From: Octopus sinensis
Taxonomy: Eukaryota
Reading direction: 5' to 3'
Length of the DNA stretch: 64,000 nucleotides
NCBI RefSeq assembly: GCF_006345805.1
Contig: NC_043012.1
Location: forward strand, 57,970,001-58,034,000
Shown here: one piece after another, positions 1-12,329 of the stretch
How positions within the stretch are numbered: the first letter of the stretch is position 1
Layout: every line of letters starts with the position of its first letter
The notes under the pieces: model-generated
Databases searched by the model: none
Seen by the model: only the letters and a program-made list of their open reading frames with translations
Told to the model about the DNA's origin: nothing
Program-made: the position numbers and the translations under genes

Positions 1-260
1 TCACAGACGATCGAAGAACTTGGTTGGGAAAAAATTCCTCAACCACCCTATTCTCCCGACCTCGCTCCTTCAGACTACCATTTGTTTCATAGTTTACAGA
101 ATCATTTGTGGGACATAACTTTCGCAAGCCAAGACAGAACATATGGGACGACCTGATAGAAGTCAAAGCCAAGGGCTACTGAAACTAAATACTCTTAAAA
201 TATCCATCATAGTAACATAGTGTCTTACTGACCAGGAATTGGCATGGTAAAAAACTAATA
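1..260 (+). mobile_element. mariner (Tc1/mariner) transposase C-terminal remnant
   Basis: Frame 1 from base 1 reads SQTIEELGWEKIPQPPYSPDLAPSDYHLFHSLQNHL, containing the mariner YSPDLAPSDYHLF motif. Stops follow. Confidence 0.85.
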
Positions 261-333
261 AAACTACACTTATAAAAAAAAAATAGCAGTCAAATAGCCT
301 TCAATTTTAATACTATTATATTTGCAAGAAATA

Positions 334-718
334 TCTCTCTATATATAAGCGGCAGTTTGTCTGTGTGTGTTTCTGTGTGTCTGTTTGGTTGTACCCTCAC
401 CCTGACCACGGCTTTCAACCGATTCTGATGAAACTTGACACACACATAGCCCAATGTCATAATTCAAAACTAACGCAGCGAAAATTTTGAAAAGTTCCCC
501 CAGTTCTGAAAAAAATCGATAAATTCGACATGGGGTCGAGAATCAGAAACACAAACCACAGACTGTCTAGGGGACGCAACTCGACCTTTTTTAACTCTCA
601 AAAAAAATTTACCATCATTTTTTTTCCATTTTTTTGCTATTTTTTGGCTAAAACTCTCTAAAAATGCTTTATAGTTATTTCCCTTACAAACCTGAGCAAC
701 GCCGGGCGATACTGCTAG
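334..718 (+). mobile_element. non-autonomous Helitron-like element
   Basis: Starts TC after A333 and ends CTAG (715-718) before T719. A GC-rich hairpin-like segment (cctgagcaacgccgggcg) lies just upstream of the CTAG. Internal GTCT-type microsatellite and ccgattctgatgaaactt subterminal motif. Confidence 0.7.
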
Positions 719-766
719 TAAAGAATAAAAGCGAGTGAGGATACAATACACGATATAATCCTAGAC

Positions 767-1108
767 GGCGCATTGATCAGTGGTTAGAGCATCGGGCTCA
801 CAATCGTGAGGTTGTGAGTTCGATTCCTGGACTGAGCTATGTGTTGTGTTCTTGAGCAAGACGCTTTATTTCATGTTGCTCCAGTTCACTCAGCTATAGA
901 AATGAGCTGCGACGTCACCGGTGCCAAGCTTCAGCGACCTTTGCCATTCCTTTGGGTAACAACGGTGGTGTGAAGAGGGAAGCTGGTATGCATGGGCGAC
1001 TGTTGATCTTCCATAAACAAACTTATCTGGACTCATGCGTCGGAAGGAACTTTCTAGGTGCAATCCTATGGTCATTCGTGACTAAAAGGGGTATTTACCT
1101 TTTTACCC
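767..1108 (+). mobile_element. tRNA-derived SINE, family A
   Basis: A-box/B-box head (cagtggttagagc ... gagttcgattcc), then a cttgagcaagac core. Colinear with the copy at 19838-20176. Confidence 0.8.
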
Positions 1109-1315
1109 TAGACAAACTATGAGTGGTAAGAAAATTTCAAGAGAGCTGAACAGAAGAAGGTCTTCAGAGAAGAAACCCCAATCGGGCAAGTGTTTCAGCC
1201 CTTAATTTAATACACTCTAATGGAGTTGGGCCGCACCCAGGTCATGACTGTAAGGTACACTGCTGCTGATACTTTTTAGCCACTCATCAAGTTGTAACTG
1301 CTCTCCGTTGGCTCA

Positions 1316-1800
1316 GATTCTTTCAGTTTTTCCATCTACCGAAATGCAATCACAAGGCTTTGGTTAACCCGAGGCTATAGTAGAAGACGCTTGCCCAAGG
1401 TGCCACGCAGTAGGAGTGAACCCAGAACCATATGGTTGGGAAGCAAGCTTCTTATTTCTTTATTGCCCACAAGGAGCTAAACATAGGGGAGGGACAAACA
1501 AGGACAGACAAAGGGATTAAGTCGATTACATCAACCCTAGTGCGTAACTGGTACTTAATTTCCGCCGAGGTCTACTTTGCCTTTCATCCTTTCGGGGTCG
1601 ATAAATTAAGTACCAGTTACGCACTGGGGTCGATGTAATACCTATGTCTGTCCTTGTTTGTTCCCTCTGTGTTTAGCCCCTTGTAGGTAATAAAGAAATA
1701 GGTACTTAATTTATCAACCTCGAAAGAATGACCTCAGCGGAATTCGAACTCAGAACGTAAAGACAGACGAAATACCACACAGCCACGCTTGCTCCTATAG
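1316..1800 (-). mobile_element. SINE C (-) interrupted by SINE D (-) (1455-1775), itself interrupted by SINE D (+) (1561-1700)
   Basis: C pieces at 1316-1454 and 1775-1800. The 11-bp duplication ggtacttaatt at 1550-1560 and 1701-1711 flanks the inner D copy. Confidence 0.75.
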
Positions 1801-2429
1801 GCAAGGAAGAAATGACGTTAGTTGTCATGGTAGCAGTGAAACGTCAACGCTATCACAAATAAGAAAATAAGAAACGTTGGAAACCAGTGGAACTCTTTTA
1901 GCGAGAGAGTTACACGATAAGCTTGAAATTGAACTACAGACCAGCGCAACCAGCAATAACTCCAACATGACCAAGGACCAACAACTAGATTTAAAATTCA
2001 TCGGGCATTTCATTGTAGCTGACACAAGCTAAATGCAGATGTGATAGTCCAAGTGTCTTCTACCAAAGAATTTATCAAAGAATACTATTCCAAGTTCTAA
2101 TTAGCTCTGGGGAAAAGATTTAAGAAAAAAAAAAAAAAAGACAAACATCTAAACGAGAAATGCTGATTGCGAAGAAAAAGTTGTTCGCTGGCAGCTGGGT
2201 TGACAGCAAAGTTCAGAAAGATTAATGTGACGTAAAGCATTATCTGATGTGGCTCTTGCACAACGATTTGTTTTATCATGGTCTTGATAATCTCAGAATT
2301 ATCGTATTAATGGTTGCAAAGAGCTGGGTTTCTTTTTCTTTTTTCTTTTTTTTTTTTGGAGATTTTTTACGTAGCTTTCTGATAAGAACGCCTTATGTGT
2401 ACGCCTGCAGGCATTTGTTTGTTGAATGG

Positions 2430-2501
2430 TAGAATATATGTATATATGTATATACATCTGAATGAACTATTTAGGCATGTGTACAAATATACACCCTCAT
2501 A

Positions 2502-2537
<36 letters not shown>

Positions 2538-2644
2538 TATATATGCATAAATACACATATATGTATATAAGTATATATATACCATGGTATATTTGCATAC
2601 ATTTATACATACGTATGTGTGTAGGTAAGTACGTGCCTCTCTCC

Positions 2645-2696
<52 letters not shown>

Positions 2697-3100
2697 ATAT
2701 ATACATACATACATATGTGCATATATGTATATATATATATATATATATAGACACACGCGTGATTACATACATGGTGAGATATAGACGCAGGCAGATATTT
2801 ATGCACACATATATACATACATGAGTAAGCATGTAAGTATACACCTATCATGTATGGGTACGGATATACCTGCATACATATAGACAGGTAATCTATCATT
2901 CACACACCATCCATGCATCCATCAAGCCATACATACCGAAATATACACACACGCCACATACTCACAGACACACACACACTCACAGACAGACAGACACACA
3001 CACTCACACACAAACACACACACACACACAGACATATATATATATACGCGTACACATTGTACACATTGTTGAATGCATACAAACATATGTAGTTCCAATA

Positions 3101-3138
<38 letters not shown>

Positions 3139-3376
3139 ATATATATATATATATTATACTTTACAAAATAGTAACATGCATATACATACGCAGAGAGATA
3201 CTGTTAGATATAAGCACATTCTTGCAAACGCTTACTCATTCCAATACATATATACATCTTGAGTATATTCACACATAAACGTATATAAAGATAGATATAG
3301 ATATACATACATACACACGCACATACATGCATATATATATACATATACACACACAACATACATGCATATATTTATA

Positions 3377-3408
<32 letters not shown>

Positions 3409-3580
3409 CAAACATATGTATACACACATATATATATACACATACATATATATTTATACACATATACACATATATGTATACACACATACACATATATGTA
3501 TGCACGCATACATATATATGTATACACACATACATATATATACACACACATACACATACATATATATATGTATATACACA

Positions 3581-3641
<61 letters not shown>

Positions 3642-3750
3642 GTATACACACACATGAATATATATGTATACACACATACATAGATATATATATACACACA
3701 TACATATATATATATATGTATACACACACACACACACATACATACGTACA
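2430..3750. repeat. compound (TA)n/(CA)n/(TACA)n microsatellite field
   Basis: Direct inspection. It accounts for all the YI/HT/CV-rich ORFs here. Confidence 0.95.
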
Positions 3751-4204
3751 AACTGCAGACATCGATAGTGTTTGATGTATATGTCTCTTCCTTTGACAGG
3801 TATATTTTTATATATTTTTAAAGATTTCTTTAAACAGACAGACATTCTCCTTTTGCTAGAATTTAGAATATTTAGTCTGTTTCTGCAGCTTCTAATCTTC
3901 ATAGGTCATACACACCTCATATGCCGCATGTTCTATGTTATATTGACCCAAGCTGATGCAAGTGTTCGATGATTTTGAGAGATAAGAGAGAAGCGAAGGC
4001 GGTAAACTTGTGGAAACATTAGAGCGTCAGAAAAAAATGGATTGAGGAATTTAATTTCAATCCCCGCTGAGGTCGACTTTGTTTTTTTTCATCTTTTCGG
4101 TGTTGAATAAAATATAAACCTGTTGAGCATTAGGTGAGATGTAGTCAACTTAGCCCTTCAGGTCAGGTCACTTGTGAGGTCTCTCAGGAGTACTACTGGT
4201 AATA

Positions 4205-5250
4205 GGGAATCAAGTACAACTTGTGTCATGGTTCCGGTCGTCGGTGACTAAAGCGGCACCCCAACTAGGCTTGCCTGGTTAGGAGGGCTGCTAGAAAACA
4301 AAGCTGGACTAAAAAACAATTTCTTTTAAAAGGAGAGATGAATTCAGTGTAGGTTCAACGACTGTCTAGCAGTGATACGGTCCCTCAGAAATTTCGGATT
4401 GTTGTCCGGCGTGCTGGAAGGATTCTAGGAGACAGGGACCCATTAGATTTTGTTAAGGCTTGCTTCAAAAACTTGCACAAAACCCAGGCTACGTATGCTT
4501 CGAGAATCGGCGGTGACCTGATCAGCGAATCCTCTACGACAAGATCAAGTCTTTCTGGATGTGACCATCTCATTTAAACTTTATTTTTACAGGAATGCTC
4601 TAACCATCGACAATAGACAGCAAGATGGGCTGCTAAGGATCACACCATTCCAAAGTGCGTATACAGGTGAGCGGGAACTACATAGAAACTCGTATTTCTC
4701 CGAGCATAAACTACTTGTTGGTCGGAGCTGGTTGAACTCACCCCAAATGAATGCAGCAGCATTCCTCTGCGGTAAATACTTATATCCCTTCCCCTAGATG
4801 TACTAATCTTTTGCCAAAATTTAAAAGATATATTAACGGATAATGGGAACGAAGGTAGCGAGCTGGTAGGATTATTAGAGCGTTGGAAAAATGCTTTGCT
4901 GAATTTCTTCCGGATCTTTGTATTCTGAGTTCGAATACTACTAAGGCCAACTTTGCTTTTCTTCATTCCAGGTCTCAATAAATTAAGCCTTGACCAATTG
5001 TATCGATTATCCTATCCTCAACATTACTAAATTTTTGACTAACCTTCCTTGCACGTTCTTGATCCCACCGCCCAGTTAAACACTTCCATTTGGGCACTGA
5101 ATACTCTTACCTAAGCCCACTCTGTTTCAATTCTTCAACACTGATCATCGTCTGAGAATCATCTTCTCCCTGTATTACACAAATCTTAGAGACTCAGCAG
5201 AACCTAAAGATCGACACTGCCCTCACTCGTTTGGCAGATCCATCATTTCG
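4205..5250 (+). mobile_element. unassigned probable retroelement remnant (structured 5' region plus broken coding-like sequence)
   Basis: Higher GC than the flanks, hairpins and an HDV-like motif at the 5' end, and short stop-interrupted frames. No family motif recognised. Confidence 0.3.
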
Positions 5251-5307
5251 AAATTTTACTTATGTGTGATTGTCGGGAGAAAATATTAGCGAATGTAATG
5301 ACTAAAA

Positions 5308-5696
5308 TTCTTTTCTACTCTAGGCACAAGGTCTGAAATTTTGAGGGAGAGTACCAGTCGATTAGATCGACCCCAGGATGCTACTGGTACTTAGTTTATC
5401 GATCCCGAAAGGATGAAAGGCAAAGTTGATCTCGGCGGAATTTGAACTCAGAACGTAACGGCAGACGAAATACTTATTTATTTACTACCCACAAGGGGCT
5501 AAACACAGAAAGGACAAACAAGGACAGACAAACGGATTAAGTCGATTATATCGACCCCAGTGTGTAACTGATGCATATTTAATCGATGAAAGGCAAAGTC
5601 GACCTCGGCGGAATTTGAACTCAGAACGTTGCGGCAGATGAAATACCGGTAATATTTCACCCGGCGTGCTAACGTTTCTGCCAGCTCGCCGCCTTA
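5308..5696 (-). mobile_element. SINE D, dimeric form (head-body-linker-body-tail)
   Basis: Two copies of the body (gttctgagttcaaattccgccgag...) separated by the linker. The head aggcggcgagctggcag is at the right end. Confidence 0.8.
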
Positions 5697-6470
5697 AAAT
5701 TTCTGTTCTCCTATTGAAATTTGAAGCCTTATTTAAGTAGCAACTTATGTGGGGAGTCTAATGTAAGAAGCAAGCTCCCAGAAAACATGGAACGAAACCG
5801 CTAAATGAAAACCCATTTGAGATAATTTCTCCTTATTTACAAGGCACCAATCTGATGATATCTTCGTAAAAAATTAACGTGACAATTTCACTTTTCCATC
5901 CTCGAACCTAAATTGCCGGTTATTTATGTGCCACAGTCAAACACTTAATCAGTATCAAATAAACGAAAAACCTAATAATTATCAAGTTTAATCTCATCCA
6001 TGCTCTGGTTTTGAAGGTCAGTCAATCGGCAGTACTCACCACACCAAAGTTACAACAACAGAAACGTTGTAGCTAGGAAAAGAAGTCAGGTTTTATTTAT
6101 TTAATTAAAATAATCTGATACATCAATTGCCAATTGCATATAATAAATCTTCAAAGAATATTTGACCGAGTGTTTATCGGAATGTTCAGCGAAATAATTG
6201 GAACTCTCTAGCGACATGATGATTAAAGATCAATTGCGAATAACTTACTGTAATCGATATTTATACGTTTCTACTATATATCTATTTAATGACCATATTC
6301 ACTTCAAATTCTGTGACTGATCTTATCTCATTCTAATGTCACCAAAGCAATTTATCACATCTATCATCCGCCTAGTTCAAATGAAGAGATGCATTTTTTC
6401 CCCTTTTATATGATCGTATCACATTTTAATCTCTTTAACAACACTTCCCTTTATCCTCCCCCTCTCTCTT

Positions 6471-6513
<43 letters not shown>

Positions 6514-6842
6514 AACTCAGTTGGCAGATTTGGATGTAGTGCAGTTCTCAGTTCTCAATTACGTAAGTTCTTGTTTCTTAATATATTTACCTAATTGTGT
6601 TTCCCTATCGATTCACTATGATTTTCACCTCCTCCATTGCTTCCACGGTAAATCTAAAACCTTATTCCTTCGCAAACATTTCTATCGCAACCATTTCAAT
6701 AATTTTAATGCCAAATAGTGAAAATATCCATACACACGTACACACGTACACGCACAAAATGACAAGCTTGAACACAGACACACATTTACAATATATTGTT
6801 CGCTCACACAATTTTCTCTAGTTAACGTACATGTTAGCGAGG

Positions 6843-7006
6843 CAACGAAAGTGTATTCGTTCGATCCGCTAAATATACTGGCTAAATTTCCAACAAACAA
6901 TATCCTACCATCTTAAAAACAGTACAACGAAAGTGTATTTGTTCGATCCGCTAAATATAATGGCTAAATTTCCAACAAACAATATCGTATCATCTTAAAA
7001 ACAGTA
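6843..7006. repeat. 82-bp direct tandem duplication
   Basis: caacgaaagtgtatt... begins at 6843 and again at 6925, with few mismatches. Confidence 0.85.
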
Positions 7007-7561
7007 CGAAGAATATAATGACTCGGTTTTCTGTACGTTTTTTTGATCCTTGGATTCCTTGATATAATTTAAAGTTTATAATTAAATATAATATAATCTT
7101 ATGTTTATAATCGAAACTCCTGTACTAGATGATGAATAGAATCAACACAACAAATTTCAAAGCAAAGGATATTTTTTATAGTTTCATACTTCGTTACTTT
7201 AAGTGCTAAGGAATGGCAGGGACTTCATGCAGCAGACGAGGTTAATATGTACAAGGCAGCTGGCATTTCAAACTCTATGGCAATTAATTTGAGTGAAGAT
7301 ATAGTTTGTTGCTTGGTGTGTAGTTTAGCATATGGTGTCTGCGTTATGGTTGATGTTGTACTAGAGACACTGTTTGAATATTTGTCGGAATGGCCATGGC
7401 TGGAACATTTTGATCAGAGAACTGGTTAATCATATACGGCTTTTGGCCGAACACTAGAAATTTACCAAATATTTTATTCCATGATTATTAAATAAGTTTA
7501 CTAGGATAATTTTCTCAATGATCACAGAGTTCTACAATTTTTCTCTACAATTTTCCTCGAC

Positions 7562-7885
7562 AGGCGTAGGAGTGGCTGTGTGGTATGTAGCTTGCTTACG
7601 AACCACATGGTTCCGGGTTCAGTCCCACTGCGTGGCACCTTGGGCAAGTATCTTCTGCTATAGCCTCGGGTCGACCAAAGTCTTGTGAGTGGATTTGGTA
7701 GACGGAAACTGAAAGAAGCCCGTGGTATATATATAGATATATATATATATATATACATGTATGTGTGTGTATGTGTTTGTGTGTATATATTTGTCACCAT
7801 AACATCGCTTGACAACTCATGTTGGTGTGTTTACGTCCCTGTAACTTAGAGGTTCGTCAAATGACTGAAACAAGTAAAAGAATAC
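7562..7885 (+). mobile_element. SINE C (tRNA head, central TA/TG microsatellite, actgaaacaagtaaaag tail)
   Basis: Head aggcgtaggagtggctgtgtggt...gggttcagtccc. Matches many other copies in the window. Confidence 0.85.
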
Positions 7886-8487
7886 AGACTAAAGAGTAAT
7901 GAGACGAAATAGAGCTTTTACTATTTTCAGAAGCCTATTGACTTACAAAAGAAACCTCTGTCCAATCAGTCACTCTTGCCTATTTCCTAATATGTGATAA
8001 ATTGAAAGAAAGGAAAAATGCCCTTCGTTTATGGTGGTTTGCTGAATATCCCGGGTGGATCAAGCAAACCTATGTTCAAAGATAGTCAAATCGTGTTGAA
8101 CATCCCATATTTTTTCAGGCAGTGTACAAACACATGACCATGATATCATATGTGTCTTTCATACTTTAAAGTAGCAGGGTATGACTAGAGAGCTATATGG
8201 CTGCTATTTCTTGTAAATCGATTGGCCATTACGAAGCTCTGTCAGTGGATTGAGAACTATATTGGCAGGAAAGTTGTCGAGTTTGTTACCAATGGGATGC
8301 AATGTAAATGAATCGAAACAGAATAACTTAAAATAATTGAGGATCTTTCTCTCATGGGCCCTCAATTTCTGGTAGAGTCGAAGCTGCTCCATCGAGACAA
8401 TCAGCGATTTTTAAAATTTTAGGCAATGTGGAGTATATCCCTCTCCAAGTCTGACTACAATCGACTTGTTCCAAAAAGAGACAGTCA

Positions 8488-8504
8488 GATAGATATATAG
8501 ATAG

Positions 8505-8585
<81 letters not shown>
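8488..8585. repeat. (GATA)n-(GA)n microsatellite
   Basis: Direct inspection. Confidence 0.95.
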
Positions 8586-8587
<2 letters not shown>

Positions 8588-9052
8588 ATAAGAAAAGTCG
8601 ACTTCATTCAAGAACTGGGACTTTATTAAATCGATACCAAAGAGATGAAAGTGAAAAAGTGACTTCGGAGTGTAGAGTGTTGGAACAGTCAGTGCAGTGC
8701 AATCTAAGCAATGCTCCATCAAGGACTCCGTCAAATGGTTTTAGGGAAGAATGGAACCAGTAGAAGCGCAGTGTAGCAAATAGCGGCAGAAATCGATCAA
8801 TGTTCATTTTACTGCTTGGAGATATTTTGCTTACTTTGCTAACCCTTGGGGTAAATTATAAATGTCACAAATGCCCATCTGAACAATCTGTGAAAGAAAA
8901 ACAAGGAAAAAAAATAGAAAAAAGTCGCCACAAGCCTTATCACTGTCTATGGTTAAGTCTGATAACGTAGGGTCAAACAGTTGACATTATCGCAGGAATA
9001 TGATCATGCGGGGTACATTGGTGTTTATCAAAGTATATATAATATACATGTA

Positions 9053-9098
<46 letters not shown>

Positions 9099-10284
9099 GG
9101 CTTGTAAGTTGTAGATCTGATAGTCTCCTGAAATATGTCACAATACGCCGAACTTCAAGATAACATGAAACATTTGTCCTGTATATTGTTTATTGCAGCC
9201 GTTTTTAGTAGTCTCCTATTTCTGAATATCTAGGTTTTAAGTATGCAAATTATATACATTAGTAGCTATTTAGTCTCCATAAAGTTATAGAAGTTAGTCA
9301 TCAGTTACTTATCAAATATGCTTAGAGAGTAGATATCGTCAATATGAAGCACAATGAGTCAGGGTAATACTTAACGTTCCGTCGACAATACTCGAGTTAT
9401 TAAAGCAGCTCCTTAAGCTGCTGTTTGACGTGCTAGTAATAGGAGCCAAATCTACTTCAAATTGCTACGCAAGAAGTCACCTCTGATAATTTTGTATATT
9501 ATACATTGACAAGAAGAAAAGAAAAATAAGTACACGAAGGAGGCTGTTGAAGTTGGAATCAAAAACTATACGAAAGATATTGCTTAGAAAAATGGTGTTG
9601 ACAACGATGACGTTCTCAATAGTTTAAACGATTGGAGTTTAGCTTATGAAGACGTAGAAACATAATTCGTATTTAGATTAATTTTCACTTATTTGACCAG
9701 GACAGGTTTCAAGTATTGTAGCAGTCCTCTCAAAAGCACCCGCCATTAGATCTGCCTTCCTGGTTAGATTCCGAAGCTCGAATAACTGGGACTAAGGATT
9801 CTATCCAACCGTACCATTCTTGATTTATTTCTGTCTCTCGTCGGTTGTTTTGGCTTCAAGAATATGTCTTGTGTGTCATTTCTGTGACATTTTAATTACA
9901 TGGCAGTCGTATCGGAGTCATGAAATCTCAAGGCAGGGAAGTAAGGGCGCAAACTGGAGACAGCCCCACGATCTCCGAACTAGGAACACTCTGGAGTAAC
10001 GTTACCCCAGAACTTCATGGGATGATTCCCATTTCGGCCGCTTGTTTCACGATTAGCCATCACTGGTTACCCTAGATGAGGATAGGCACGAAACTAAATT
10101 GAAAATAACATTTTTATCAGCCTCTCCTATTATAGGAATCGAAAGCTATAATTTCAGGCGCATTAGAGTGCTAGAATCTGTAATTCTAGCATCTCATGGT
10201 AAGGTTTTAGTCATTTAAGAGGAGTTCATTCTCTTAGAAACATTCGATTATAACTTTTCTATTGTCATTAGCCATTTTACTGAA

Positions 10285-10875
10285 GGTGTCTGGCTGTGAG
10301 GTAAGAAGCTTGCTTACTAACCACATGGCTTCGAGTTCGGTCCCACTGCATAGAACCTTGGGCAAGTGTCTTTTACTATATCCCCGCGCCGACCAAGCCC
10401 TTATGAGTAGATTTGGTAGACAGAAATTTAAAGAAGTCTGTGTGTATATATATGTGTGTATGTGTGTGTTTGTGTGATTGTCCTCCCCACCACCACCATC
10501 ATCGCCGCTTGACAACCAGTGTTTGTGTACTTATGTCTCCGTAACCAGGCTTTTCAGCGAAAGAGACCGATAGAAAAAATAAGCCCTGGGTTCGATTTGT
10601 TCGGCTAAAACATTTCGAGGCGGTGCTCCAGCATTACCGTAGTCAAAACAACAGAAACATGTAAAAGAAGGCGGCGGGCTGGCAGAAACGTTAGCACGCC
10701 GGGCGAAATGCTTAGCGGTATTTCATCTGTCGCTACGCTCTGAGTTCAAATTCCGCCGAGGTCGACTTTTGCCTTTCATCCTTTCGGGGTCGATTAAATA
10801 AGTACTAGTTACGCACTGGGATCGAGGTAAGAAGCAAGTAAAAGAATGAAAGAATAAAAGAATAAAAGAATAAAA
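10285..10875 (+). mobile_element. SINE C with a SINE D (about 10669-10830) inserted in its 3' tail
   Basis: The C body runs to gtaaaagaag, then the D head gcggcgggctggcag starts. gtaaaagaa recurs after the D copy. Confidence 0.75.
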
Positions 10876-11569
10876 ATAAACCAACTGCTTAACAAATCAG
10901 CCATTTCCTTTCCGTTTTCCTTTTCCATGAAGTAATGATAGCAATTCCGAAACTCCACCGATCAACTATTAACACTCATCTGACGAGAGCAACTGTCTAT
11001 TTATTAATCTATTAAAGAATAAAATCAAAAATCGGCTGTCGATAATAGGAAAGTACCCATTCGGGTTTGTTCCTTAGTCCGAGGATAACTTCCTGCTTTT
11101 ACTGCGACCTGTCTGTAAAAGGGGTCATGCGCACGGCACTGTTTTGTCTGAGAAAGACATTAAAAATAAACGTGACGATAGATCTCTGAAAAATCTGAAA
11201 CAAACGCCATGGTAGTCTCACTTTTGTTTTATGCTTTTTATTTAAATAAGCATGTATGGTTCAATAAATTATTGAATATTTTGCTAATATAATAACTACC
11301 ACATCCGTCTAATTTGATATTAATAATTAAAAAATAATAATAAAAAAAATCTAATCAGTCTCGAAATTTTTATTTAGAGATCAATTAAAAATAGTTAGAA
11401 ATATCGATCGAAAAACCTATTGATGCTCTGGCTAAGAAACTAGTCTCTGACTAAAGACTAAAAGCAATAAATTTTTATGCTTTTCAATGTTTTTTTTTCT
11501 TTTTTTTTTTTAACATGTTAAACACAGTTTTCATTAGGAAACAAGAGAGGACTGTTTTGCTTTACTGCT

Positions 11570-11685
11570 AGTACTACTACTGCTGCCGCTGCTGGAGACT
11601 ACAGCGAACCAGCACCATTTACACGACTATTGCTATCACAACTACCGCTACTACTACTGTTGCCAGAGCGGCGTCAACAACAACA

Positions 11686-11727
<42 letters not shown>

Positions 11728-11974
11728 GCTGCTGCTGCTACTGCTACTGCTACTACTACTGTTGGTGCTAATGTTGCTGCTGCTGCTGCTACTACTACTA
11801 TTACTACTACTACTACTACTACTGCTGCTGCTAGTTCAACTACTAGTACTTACTACTGGTGCTTTGATGAGGTCTGTTACCTTACTACCACTACTTCTGC
11901 TACTACTGCTACTATTACTTCTGCTGCTGCTGCTACTACTACTACTGTTGCTGCTACTACTACTACTGTTGCTG

Positions 11975-12005
<31 letters not shown>

Positions 12006-12015
12006 TACTACTACT

Positions 12016-12104
<89 letters not shown>

Positions 12105-12122
12105 AACAACTACTACTACTAC
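11570..12122. repeat. compound (CTA)n/(CTG)n/(CAA)n trinucleotide repeat
   Basis: Direct inspection. It produces the poly-L/Q and poly-S ORFs. Confidence 0.95.
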
Positions 12123-12329
12123 GCAGTTTCAGTCCAGGGTGCCCCTGATCGAAGATCGAAAAACCACACGTAGCCATAGACGTTCCAGCAGTGACCATAC
12201 TGTATTCCCCCCACACCTTTTTGTTCAATGTTGCCTGTTTTAAAACAATAGGTCAAGATTCGAAGGAAATTCATCTGTTACCCTTAGCTGGTCCTACAAA
12301 GGCCCCATAAAAGTTTTCTCGATCAATCG

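Noticed and set aside
767-840. tRNA-like sequences (also at 19840, 22072, 24063 and 62785)
   Set aside because: They have A and B boxes but no complete cloverleaf, and they continue into SINE bodies. They are SINE heads, not tRNA genes.
1803-2330. Protein-like frame (ETLETSGTLLARELHDKLEIEL...)
   Set aside because: Multiple in-frame stops and no recognisable motif. Possibly an old TE, but it cannot be assigned.
2367-3902. Many long ORFs rich in YI/HT/CV dipeptides (also at 13.3-14.1, 33.2-34.0, 39.5-41.3, 44.4-44.9 and 54.9-56.4 kb)
   Set aside because: They are translations of (TA)n/(CA)n microsatellites, which lack stop codons in some frames.
4593-4666. Plus-strand exon-like segment (tttttacag...ag|gtgagc) and a minus-strand one at 5111-5169
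   Set aside because: Both lie in a probable TE remnant, their lengths are not multiples of 3, and no compatible partner exons were found.
8204-8392. LRR-like peptide GNKLDNFPANIVLNPLTELR
   Set aside because: A single imperfect repeat with no splice sites or further LRRs. The resemblance is probably chance.
11630-12228. 172-aa poly-Leu/Gln and 130-aa poly-Ser ORFs
   Set aside because: Trinucleotide repeat with no domain, splice context or non-repetitive coding flank.
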